In this document: piece after piece, positions 1 to 11,413 of the stretch | Layout: each line of letters starts with the position of its first letter | Numbering within the stretch: position 1 is the first letter of the stretch | NCBI GenBank assembly: GCA_010405405.1 | Contig: MU004230.1 | Span: 2,390,627-2,454,626 of the forward strand | Direction: 5' to 3' | Length of the DNA: 64,000 bases | From: Microthyrium microscopicum | Taxonomy: Eukaryota | Program-made: the position numbers and the translations under genes | The notes under the pieces: generated by a model | The model's input: the letters and a program-made list of their open reading frames with translations, nothing else | What the model was told of the DNA's origin: nothing | Databases searched by the model: none

Positions 1-2759
1 TATTAAATATATAAAATTAATAAGATTCCTCCTAATAATAATAATAGCTTTAAATACGTATAAGTAGAAAAATTGCTTATTCTACTATCTATAGTAATTA
101 TAAGTCCTAGAATTAATATTAATAGTATATTCCTTTAAATAAGAAGTATATTTTAATATACTAGTAAGAGTTATAAGATTAAAAGAATTAAGTATAATAA
201 TAGTAACCTATTTAGAATAAAATAACGTAGTATTATAGAAGTATTAATTATAATAAGTAAAATCTATAGGCATAAGATATTACTATAGATTTAAATATTT
301 ATAAATTTAATCTTTAGCTTCTTAATACTTAGAACGCTTTTTAATAATATAATTCTAGATACTATTTAAAAGAGGAATAAAATACTTATAATAGTAGCCT
401 TTAAGAACTAAATTAATAATCTTAGTAGTATTAGATATTAACTAACTATAATACGGTATAAAAAAGTATTTATAAACCTATTTCTCTTTAGGTAGCTTTT
501 TAATATAATTCTTAAAGTTAATAAAATAGTTAAGAGTATTCTATAGCATTAGATAGTTCTATTAGTAGATAGAATTATAGTTAACGTAATAATTAAGCTA
601 TCTTAATGCTTATATACTAAAATTAGACTATATATTCTACTTAAGGTAAAAGAAATATTATCTAAGGGCGTAAACCTTAAAATTTAAGTCTAGCATATTT
701 AAAAGACCTTAATTTTAATTAATAATTATAGTAGAGTAAAATTCTAAAAGAAATATAGTTAGATATAGTTAGATATTTTAAAGATATAATTAAGAAAGAG
801 AAGAAAAAAAGAGCTAGAAGAATAGTAAATCTAGCTAGAAGAAAGTAAATTTAGAAACTAGCGCTAAGACTTATAAAGATTACTAATCTTAATACTAAGT
901 ATTATGCGTCCTAGATATATATATATCTACTCTTATAACTTATTATTCTTACCTTTAAAGATACTAAATACGTAAATTATTATATTAGCTTTACTATTAA
1001 ATCTAGTAATAATAACTATCTTAGTATTATATTCTATTTTATAGTAAGTAGCATCTAAACTAATAATTTTAGGTAACTAAGCAAAAATTGCTTAACTAAT
1101 AAATAAATATATAAATACGTATTAAATCTACTTTATAAGAGCCTTCTTAAATATAATATAAATTTTAGGATTTACTTATTTAAGAGCCTTAATCTAGGAG
1201 GGAAGTATCTAATAGCTATTAAGGAATTTATTTTTAACTCTTCTAAATATCTTACGCTTTAGTTAAGATACCTATTAAAGAGTAATAGCCTAACCTATAT
1301 ATTTATAAATTATATTATAAATATCCTAATTTAGCGTATTCTTATTAAGAGCGCTATAGGCTTTAATAAGCTTCTTTATAATCTATAACTTTAAAGTATA
1401 TACTTATTATAAAGTAGTTCTTATTAAATAAGTATAGTCTTTAAGCGCGTTAATCTATATTAAAATCTACTTCTTCTTAGTAATATTAACGCATTTAGGA
1501 ATTAATTTTATAACATATACGCCCTATTTATAAGTATCCTTCTAATACTATTAGAGTTATTAATCCTCTCCTAAACCTCTCTTCTTATAGACTTTAAATC
1601 CTATCTTTACTACTATAAGATATAGAATAGTATTAATATCCTAATAGTTATTATATACTAAACTAACCTATAATTTCTTCTATAATTCCTTTTTATCTTT
1701 AGTAATACTAGTAGTAATAATAGAATTAATTAGTTTTAGCATTAGCATAATACTATAGATATTATTCTTAAAGAGCCTTAGGTATAGGAAGATACCTAGC
1801 TCTAGCTTATTATTATTAACGCTAGTAAGATTAATAAAGTTAATTTTAAGAAGAGGTACTAAATTTTTAATAAGAATAACATTAAAGTTTAAAGCTTACT
1901 TAATAGGAACATATCTAGATAAATATAAAAAAGCTATAGTAAAGTATAGGTAAGTAGATATAAATAAAATAAAGATATAATATCTTTTAAATAAATTATA
2001 ATATAAAACGCTAATATTTTAATATAAGTAATTCTAAGCTTTTAAAAACACGCCTAAAGCCTACCCTTTATCTCCTTTACCTCTCTATATTACTATAGCT
2101 AATTCTATAGTATAAATTACTACTAAAAAGTAATATATTTAATCTCTTTACTTAATTCTCTATATACTATATATTTTTATACTTTTTAATAATTTTAGCT
2201 AATTTTAGCGTACTATAGTATTAAAATATTACTTCTATGCCTAAAGCTAGATCTATAGCTATTCTTAAATTCTTAATATCTTAATAGCTAATTTTATAGT
2301 AGAAATCTCTACTAAAAAGTAGTATATTATATCTTATCTATTCTTAGTCTACTCTATACTAAATTTTTATAATTTTTATAATTTTGCACTATTTTAAATA
2401 GTATAGCGTTAAAATCTTACTTCTACGTAAAGCTACTATAAAAATTAGATCTATAGCTTTTAGCGCTTATCTATTTAATATCTAAATCTTAATACCTAAT
2501 TTAATAGTATAAATCTCTATTAAAAAGCAGTATATAATATCTTTCTATTAAATTCTATTAATTTTACTATTTCTATACTTTTTAGAGAACTCTACTATTA
2601 ATTTAGAGATAAATCTAGCTTCTATAGCTAAATCTAGTCTCTAAAGTAATAGTAAGGTCCTCTACTATAGATCTATACACATCTTACTATATTCTAGCCC
2701 CTATTATTAATTTTAGTAGCACGCTACCTAATTTAGTAACAGAGTCTAAGCAACCCCTA
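1..2759. mobile_element. RIP-degraded transposable element relic, truncated by the window edge; possibly hAT-like
   Basis: Extremely AT-rich and TpA-rich, with CpA/TpG depleted and no ORF >=60 aa. GC content recovers abruptly at about 2760. The end reads 5'-TAGGGGTTG on the minus strand, resembling hAT termini, and is preceded by subterminal repeats. The family is not firmly identifiable. Confidence 0.75.
2096..2640. repeat. Degenerate tandem subterminal repeat, about 3 units of ~190-210 bp
   Basis: Similar unit starts TAGCTAATTCTATAGTATAAATTACTACTAAAAAG (2096), TAGCTAATTTTATAGTAGAAATCTCTACTAAAAAG (2285) and TACCTAATTTAATAGTATAAATCTCTATTAAAAAG (2493). AGATCTATAGCT also recurs. Confidence 0.65.
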
Positions 2760-2760
2760 G

Positions 2761-2843
2761 AGGGTGTGTAGAAACATAGGGTACCATTAAGTAGGGTGTG
2801 TAGAAACTTGTCCTCGCAAAATTAAGTAGTGGGCGCATCCCTC
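2761..2843. repeat. Short internally repeated segment, possibly a DNA-transposon (Mutator-like) terminal remnant
   Basis: AGGGTGTGTAGAAAC occurs at 2761-2775 and 2793-2807. ATTAAGTAG occurs at 2786 and 2821. The minus-strand end begins GAGGGATGCG. Confidence 0.35.
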
Positions 2844-4026
2844 AACAGACAAATCCCCAAAACAGACCAGATCCTGAGCCCTGCGCTCAACCTGCTGCAT
2901 TCAACTCAACACCATCCAATTGAAGCATAGCAAGTCCAAAGCTAAACTGGAGAAACCGCTGGGATACGCGGGCTTTAAAAGGTTAGTTCAGCCTAGCTCG
3001 TCAATCGTGGGCTCGGGTACTCAATCTTTGCCTTGACTGGTTCTCCGTGAAGTCATCAAATCCTCCGACCCGCCGCCAATCTCACCTGAACCAAATCATC
3101 CATCCTTCTTTTCTTCCTCGCCCAGACCAACCAGAACTTCTGGCGTCCTTCGGAATAAATGGTTCCACTCTCAGCCGCTCACTTGGTTCGCTGGTCTGGC
3201 TTCCCCTTTCATTACACGATAGGGATTCATGCCATTTTGTACAAAGCTAACTGAAATCATCATCCGATTCTTGCGTCCTCCTGAACCTAGACGCGAAAAC
3301 TATTGCTAGAAATGTGACCAGGCCCCCTAGCTGCTTGTGAGATAGGGATGACGCGAACTAGCACAAGGCAAGCAGTCTTGCTTTTGCCATACAGAATACG
3401 GAAATATTGAAGAACAGTATAAGAAACATTTTGCCTAACTTCATACTCTGAAAGTTTAAGCTTATGCAATACCTCTTTCTTGCAGCTTTATAAAGGTTTG
3501 GAAAGTGCGAGTAAGTACACTTTGTATGCAGGCACAAGGTCCAGCCAAGTTGTAGAGTAGATCTGAGCTCACTTTAGTCAAACCTTGTGCCTCGTGGAAC
3601 AGTGGAGCCTTTTCAAAGTTATGTAAGCTTTGATACATTACCGTACAGCTTTGCTAAGTTGCCAGGAAAACTGCCACTGCAGTGCTCGAACACAACCAGT
3701 CTTGCAGCCATCGACCTGCACTTACATGCCATATATATATGTCTAGCTCCCATCAGAGCGCCGAAATGCTTTGTGATTGAAAGGCAACAACTCGTTCCAT
3801 AGAACAACTTCCATGCGAGCCTCCACACTTGAGCCGGTTCATGCTATTCGGAGACGCCGTAGTCCGAGTCGTTTCGACAACATGAGTATCTCCAACTGAT
3901 GAAAAGAGCAAGGAAGCAACAAAATCCGTATAAAGATGAACATGAATTTTTACATATACTACAAGGAATATCTCCTCAAGCCTTATAGCTCTCTATCAAA
4001 AACCCCCATTTACAACAATCACCACT

Positions 4027-4620
4027 TTACAAAGGCACAACCTTGTTTGAGCCAACAATAACCTCAGCATGCACACCATTATGAGTACCACCGGGGCATC
4101 CAAGCTGGATATAAGCCTGCATCTTATTTCCATTCAACAAGCTCTTGAACAGACCCCACTGAGCCTCACCACCCTGCTTTGTCTCAATCAACTTTGCCTG
4201 TTGCAGAGTTGGGAACTTGCTGCTCTTAAAGTGCAACACGTTCTGCGCATCAACGCTGAAGCCATCGGAAAGACCAGCGGCGGAAACGGAGCCGAGGGGC
4301 GCCATGTCCATTGTGGACATGGCGGGTGTTTGCGCACCCATCGTCTTGCCTTCGCACATGAGTTTGTCGGCGTTGAGGGAGCAGGCGGCTGCGTCCTTGA
4401 TGTCGGTTACGGCAGTGCCGTCGGCGGATTTGCCGAGGAAGATGCTGGTGGGCTTGCCATCGACGGTGGCGGTGATTTGGATGGCGAATTTGGCTGGGGC
4501 GGCTGATGGGGCGGCAGCGGCGCTAGAGAAGATGGATTAGTTGGAGGTCCATGGTGGTGGGATGGAAGGTGAGGTTAATTACCCAAGGGCCATGGTGGCA
4601 GCGATAGTTGAGAATCTCAT
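4027..4620 (-). CDS. Small secreted protein, 177 aa, unknown function; exons 4620-4583 and 4522-4027
   Basis: ATG at 4620 and a 60-nt GTAATT...CTAAT...TAG intron give the signal-peptide-like MRFSTIAATMALGAAAAPS, in frame with ORF 4027-4359. It has 3 Cys, strongly C-ending codons and a TATA-like TATATAAA about 115 nt upstream. Confidence 0.85.
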
Positions 4621-5150
4621 ATTGATATAGTTTTGGATTGTTTGAAAGGATTGGATAGGTTGAATCGTAATAGTGTGATTTTTCGGTAGTCGATGAGATC
4701 AGAATTGACTCAAATGGGCTCTTGGGAACATTTATATACTTGGCCGCCGGGCATTTAACAGCAATATAAGGGAATTACAAATTCAGGTACACCCGTTCAA
4801 TCTCATGGACTCACATGTAATTTTAGGGTCCGTTCTCTGACGATAGTAATGTCAACAGGCGTTGCATCTAGGTTAACTCGCTTATTAGCGTAGGCAATAA
4901 AATGTCCTTACCGGGTTGTGGAAGAAATAGTAACGGCGATATATTGAAAGAGATGCGCTTGCTGTGGCAATGACGGCGTTTTAGATTAAATATATGATCT
5001 TTAAGGGTCCAGTGCTCACATGGATAGATCTTCGTCCCTCGATTAATTGAACACTGTTATGGTGTACGGCAGGTAATGAAATCGGACAAGTAAGAAGAGG
5101 TTATCGGTTCTAATGGATTCTAGAATTTCTCCTTTCTGGGAACATCGTAT

Positions 5151-5645
5151 TCAAGCTTTTGATAGCAAATTTTCAGCCTTGTGCTCAGCCTTTTGTTGGA
5201 AAGCTTGACGTTGATAGCAAGTAGGGCTGAAGTACGCAAGCGAGTCTTCAAAGAGAAAAGGCCTCTCCAACCGAAGCCCAAGGATACTGCCATTCATTCC
5301 ATTTGTTTTCTCCTGAGTGAATAGAATAGCCAACTCTGAGATGGAACAATTATTTGGAATAGTCGCCGGGTTGATGGATAACGCACGGCGTAAGAGTAGA
5401 TATCATTTCTCGTCCCAGGTATCCGGAGTGCTGGGCTCGGAAGTGAAAGCTGAAAGAGATTAGATGAACCATGCTCCAATATAACCTATATTGCATGTTG
5501 AAATAATTCCAAATATCATTGTAATGGAGTAGCTACCTCTATCAGCAATAGATGTTTGTCGCCCAGTTAACGCAGCGTAAGCGAAGATCAAAGACGCTGT
5601 GAAATAGAAAGCATTCTGGTTAAAAAGCATCAATAACTCCAGCAT
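5151..5645 (-). pseudogene. Possible degraded membrane-protein gene
   Basis: ORFs 5460-5645 and 5151-5333 share one frame. The 165 codons contain only two internal stops (TAA, TGA) and two hydrophobic segments. No family recognised. Confidence 0.25.
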
Positions 5646-6335
5646 CGACTAAACATGTCTCCAAGGGCTTCGCTTTCGCTTTGAGATTGGTCAGTCCTGT
5701 TGACCAGAACAGTATTCAACAGGGCATGAGATCACTTTGAAGATCGATATGCTTGGCGATTGATGGTTTAGAGAATCAGAGTCCAGATCACGACTGTATG
5801 TATTGACATGCCTCGATATCTTATCTGAGTCGATTGAAACAAGGCGGTTGTATCAAATGGATAAGGGATAGAGAATTCGAGGTTGGACTGGAAGGTAAAA
5901 GCTGTCAAAGTGCCAGTACCTGAGTTGTGGCTGAAGCGAGGCTAGGCCCATTTTCAATACTTGCTTAATAATCACACATGTGTACGTATCGAATTACACA
6001 CGATGGTTTCGAGTCGGGTCCGTTCCTGGGAGCTAAAGTGGGGTCCCACCACATCATACTTGTCATACTCTAACTTTGTAGACTCCGTGATATCTCTAAA
6101 GATTCTAGCACTAAAAGTATTAATTGTAGAGACCAAGCCGGTCTAAGACAAATTACCACCAAAATTTCGCATCCCAAACGATCTATCAAGTTCATCGTGG
6201 AGCAAGTTGCCTGATTTGTTATGGCTGAAAGTCAAGTCAAGAATCCCCACAAGCATTATCAGATTGCCAGTCACATTTATACTTGTTATAACACATTAAG
6301 TTAATGAGGCCATTAAGCTACTTTGGGTAGGGATA

Positions 6336-9300
6336 CTATAAGAAAGCAGTGAAATGAGTAATATAAAGACTACTTAAGCCCTATAATTTTAGGTAGCGTC
6401 GTAAGGAGCGTTAAAAATATAGGGCTAGTAAAATAGGTAGTATTCGTTTTTAACGCTTCTTTAGTATCTAGATATTATTACTAAGTAAGCTATTTTGTCG
6501 TTTTTAAAGCTAATCTAAACTAATTTGAGTAGGATATTATTATTTTAATAGTAAGGGTAAATTTTATAATTAGGCTAAAGCTATAGAGGGACATTTATAT
6601 ATAGATTTTGTAGTAGAATTCTATATTATTCTTTATACTAATTAATATCCTTAAAACCTAATTCTTTTAACTCTAAACTAATTAAATACTAGGAATTTAA
6701 CTATTACTATACTAAAGGTATTAAAGAAAGTATACTAAGACTATTAGCCTTTTACTAAATTAGACCTAAATATTATAGAATTAAACTTTAATTAACCTTT
6801 TAGGACTAAATTACATACTAGGAAGCATAAATCGCTTTTATTAAAGAAATAGCGTACTAAACAAGCTAAAATAAAGTCCTAGAATTATTCTTCTATTAAA
6901 TACTAACTAAAGGTAGTTAAGTAGATAATATAATAACGTATTCTACTTAAATAAGGCAAATAGTAGTATAAACTACCTAATAGTATAAAATAGAGTAAAT
7001 ATCCTAATACCTATTATTAGTAACGTCCTATAAGATATAGTAATGCTACTAAATTCTTTACTAAATCTTATTTAATAGTATTAAGATAGTAGAATTAGTA
7101 AGCAGCTTTGTAGATTACTAATAATTAAGCCTACTAAGTTTTTAATCCTAAAAAGCGCCCTAAGTACTATCTTAAGCTTAAAGATACTATTTATGTTTAG
7201 TATTATGAGTAAAGAGAATAGAAGAAGTCTATTAGTACTTATTAATTACTTTATTATATAAATAACGTATAGTAGTATATTTATGCTACTAAGATTGCTT
7301 ATAGTAAGTTTCTAAAAGAGTATAAACTAATAAAGGGCTAGCTTTAAAGATTCTTATATTGTTAGAGAATTAGTTAAAGGAAGGCTACTTACGTTGCTTA
7401 GGAATTACTATTATTATAAATAGAATAGTGCTAGGAATTTATTACTTATATAAAGCTTACTACCTATAGAGCTATTAGACCTATTAATAGTAAAAGAAGG
7501 AATATTAATAGTATCTTAGATAAGGAACTAGAAGTAATAATATAGCCTTATTAAATAGTTAATATAGATAAGATACTAATACCTTTTTGTAACTTTAGTA
7601 GTTATACTTTAGTAGATATAGGCTCTAAGACTATCGCTATTTATACTTATAAAGACAAAGATAAAAAGCGTTAGATAACGATAGTTCTAACTATTATTAC
7701 TAATAGTATCCTTTAAATTTTACTACTAATTATATTCTATAGAACTAAGAATAAGAAGAAGAGTTATATTAATAAGACAAAGGGTCTATACTACTATAAT
7801 AGCATTTATATAAAGTATAATAAGATGGCGTAGAATAATAATAAGTTAATACAATAGTAGTTAAAAGAGGTATATTTAAAAGGAATAAATATAGCTCTAA
7901 AGGAGTATTCTAGCAATCTTAGTAGTCCTAATAGCTCTAAAGATGTTTTATAGCCTTCTATCTTAAGTAATTCTTCTCTTATACCTTCCTAAAATAGAAA
8001 TATTTTAGTACTAACTATAGGATCTAGAGCTTAATTTAATAACATTTCTACTATATTCTAGCCCTACTATAATATCTTTAATATCTTGTACCTCTTTAAT
8101 ATTTATAATATCTATAATATCTACTTCTAACCCTTCTATTCTTATTATAAACGCCTTCTTTGCTTATAAAATAGCCTCTATTAAGTAAATCTATAAAGAT
8201 AATAATATTATTATTATTATTATCCCCCCTAGTTGTATATTTAAAATTTAACTACTTAACGTTAGCGTAAATAAGCCCTTTAAACAAATAGTTAAGAAAT
8301 TATAAGATATATAGGTCTTTACATTCTACTAATAGGAACGCTTTAAAGACTTCTTTAATATAAAATCTATAGAACCTTTAGAATAGATAATAGCTTAATG
8401 TTGCATATTTATAATGTATATTATAAAATAGGCATAGAATTAAATATATACTTATAATGCTAAAGTTATTAAGCGCTTCTTTACCGCTATAGGATTAAAT
8501 AATTAGTTAAATACTACTATTACTAATAAGCGTTATAATATTAGTATTAAAGATTTACTATAATTACTAAACCTTTCAAACTAGCATTTAGTAAAGCTAG
8601 AATCTGTTAAAGCTACTACTACTAAATAGGACGATGTTTAAGAGAAGGTTAATAATCCTAAGGTATACGTACCTAATATTAGTAATAATAACGACATAGA
8701 ATATTATAATAAAGATAAGATTAAAATACCTAATATTAATACTAAAGATACTAAAGACACTATAGATATTAAAGTTATTTAAGATGTTAAAGATGCTAAA
8801 GACATTACTATAGATATTAATTTAGATAAAGATAAGAATAATAAATTCATAACGTCCTTTATAGCGATAATGGACGCTCTACTATAAAATTTGCCTATAC
8901 TCATCCTACTAAAGATATTTCTACTATTTATTATACCTTAGCCTATTCTTTCTATTCTTCTAATTCTATAACCTCTTTACCTTTAGAATTAGTATCTAAT
9001 ACTATTATCTAATGCCCCCCTCTAAATTAAATCCTATAGCGGACTTAAAGAGTTAAATTCTACCTATTTTATATAGTAAAATGCTCTTAAGTTACTAGAA
9101 TAGATACTTAAAGACTAGCATTAATAGCTTCCTAAATAGGCCTATAATCCTGCTTTAGAACCTATCTAAAATATTAAGATAGGATATCTAATAGCAATAT
9201 TCTATTAGTAATAGGACTCGCAATATTAATCGTTTAGCGTTAAATTAGGCAGTATTCTTAACCTATAGTAAATCTAGTAGAGTTAGGAAAATTATTAATA

Positions 9301-9589
9301 ATAACTAGGCAATATTAGTATTAAAAAGAGCGCTTTAATTTATATACTTATATATAATTCTATATCGTCTAGTTCTTAATATCTTAAGCTTTAAATATAC
9401 CTATTTTAGTATTAGAATTCCTTATTTAAGATAATATAAAGTTAAATAGGATTATAGGGTTTATGGTTATAAAAATGGATTAATAGTAATTTACTATAAG
9501 AGGCATTTCTATAGGAACTACGCTAAAAACGCCATTAAACGCCCTCTCTCTACGCACGTCACATTGCTCATTTCACTGCTTTCTTACGG
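6336..9589 (+). mobile_element. Complete RIP-inactivated Tc1/mariner-superfamily (pogo/Fot1-like, DDE_1) DNA transposon, 3254 bp
   Basis: 31-bp TIRs at 6336-6366 and 9559-9589, flanked by TA at 6334-6335 and 9590-9591. Reversing RIP changes restores transposase motifs NMDETPIPF (~7561), DKRQ (~7660), NETAWNN (~7820), LIMDAFSAH (~8140) and IIPPGCTSKIQPLDVSVNKPFK (~8219-8284). Confidence 0.92.
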
Positions 9590-10417
9590 TAGCTGGTGTG
9601 AACTGACTCGGCAATTATCTCCAAAGCTTAAAAATACCGCTAGGCATGACATCAAGATCTGTTCGCGTCATCAGCTCCAGGATGTGAAACAAATCGTCTC
9701 TAGACTGTCAACATGATGTTTGTTAACGATATATGAAGGAGAGAAACTTTGATCGAAACAAAGGCCATCGTTTGTCTCCGAAGAACTTCTCTCAGACCTT
9801 TTGCTTTTACACCAAACTTTTTCGTAGCGCCCGGGTCGTTTAATGGATCTGCTCAAGGATCTCTACTGCATTCCCGTGCCTTGTCATGTCTCATATCGGT
9901 ACGAATTGCCGACATCACGTTGGAAGGCGAGATAATAGATTAAGTGTTGATATCAACCAAACTCTGGCGCTTACATCGAAGTTTTCCATCACCGGACTAA
10001 GCAATTATGTCAATATAAGTTGCGACGGCCGTCAAAGGTCATTCCTTTTTGGGAAGATATTTCCGCTTTGGAACCCTTTTCTTCTAATCAACAGCTAAAA
10101 CTTACTTCCGTAAGATGTTTTTAGAACGATTTCAATTTGTATGCCGTAACCTCGTAGGGAAGCAGGTACACGCGCTCATAGCGCTAGAAGAAAGACGATT
10201 TGTGGGGACACAAGCTTTTGGTCTAGAAGTCAGGAAATACTCCGTAGCTTAAGCCTCCTTCCCAACGACTCATTGAAAGGATTCGGAGATTTTGTGAGCA
10301 TCCACCTTCAAGCGCTTTCCAGTTTCAACGGTTTAAGCGCTTCGAGGAATGGAGATAATCCGATGCACAGTGCACGTGGACACTTTTCTAGCTGTAATCT
10401 GTTCCACCGCAACTCTA

Positions 10418-10564
10418 CCGTTTTTACCCTTTCAGTTGGGCCACGGTAGCGCGGTTTTTTAGGCGAGGTTTGTCCGTGAGCAATAGCGAGTCACTGCCCA
10501 AGTTCAGAGCGCCACCAGCAAGAAAAAGCGCGCTACCGTGGCCCAACTGAAAGGGTAAAAACGG
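10418..10564. mobile_element. MITE (147 bp), Tc1/mariner-pogo type
   Basis: Perfect 36-bp terminal inverted repeat CCGTTTTTACCCTTTCAGTTGGGCCACGGTAGCGCG, extending to 42 bp with 1 mismatch. Flanked by TA at 10416-10417 and 10565-10566. No coding capacity. Confidence 0.9.
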
Positions 10565-11413
10565 TAAGTTCATTGTTCCAGACATCGATCGCAAAATGCG
10601 ATGATATCAAAATTCTCTTCCATCAGATCTCGGCCCTTTCCCCGTCTTGAACATCGCCGGACGCCCCACAAAGTGATTAACTGTAAACCGAATTCGCCCG
10701 AAGGCAGCCGTAAACCCCATCCCTCAATCACTAGAAACTCTCTTACAGCCATGGAATTGTTTCTATACAGCATCAGCTCTTCATCATGACAGTTATGCAC
10801 ACCCGCCAAACTTCCTCAAAAAGTGTGGCCGCCTGCCCCACTTCATTGTGCAGCAGCAATTCAAAAGCAACTCAATGTTCGAGCGGACGAATCTTCCTTT
10901 CGACTCAGCCTAGCCACGACCGCAGAGCCGTTGACGCAATGCCGCATCGCAAAAACAGAGTGCGCGGCCACTCAACTGCCGCATATGAGCTGTTTCGATT
11001 GTGCCTTTCTGCAGGTCTCAGCTACGCTAGCCGATGTAGTTGATGAGGTTTGTATTTTGGTACATGAAAGATGCCAAACTGTCTTCGCGATCCTTCACTT
11101 GTTAGTCTTCGATTGATCAAGTGAGATTTAAAGGCAAGCAAGGTTTGTAAGATATATATGTCGTATTTTTGATCGCTGCAGATAATGAACTACTAAGAAC
11201 TACTAGTAAATGTGACATGTCCATGTAGTCCTGCAGCCGCTCACAATCCTGCCGGTTCTCCAACTACATCCCGTCGATTACGTTCGAGTTTTCCAACCAG
11301 GTCTTTACGATCACCAATTTGCTATACATGCCCATACAATGTTTCACCCAGAGAGTAATGCCGTATTCATACAAGTAAGGAGCTTGAAAAAGGAGTCATT
11401 TGAGGTTGGCATG

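Noticed and set aside
4069..4540. Plus-strand ORFs of 145 and 107 aa
   Set aside because: They are antisense shadows of the codon-biased secreted-protein gene on the minus strand.
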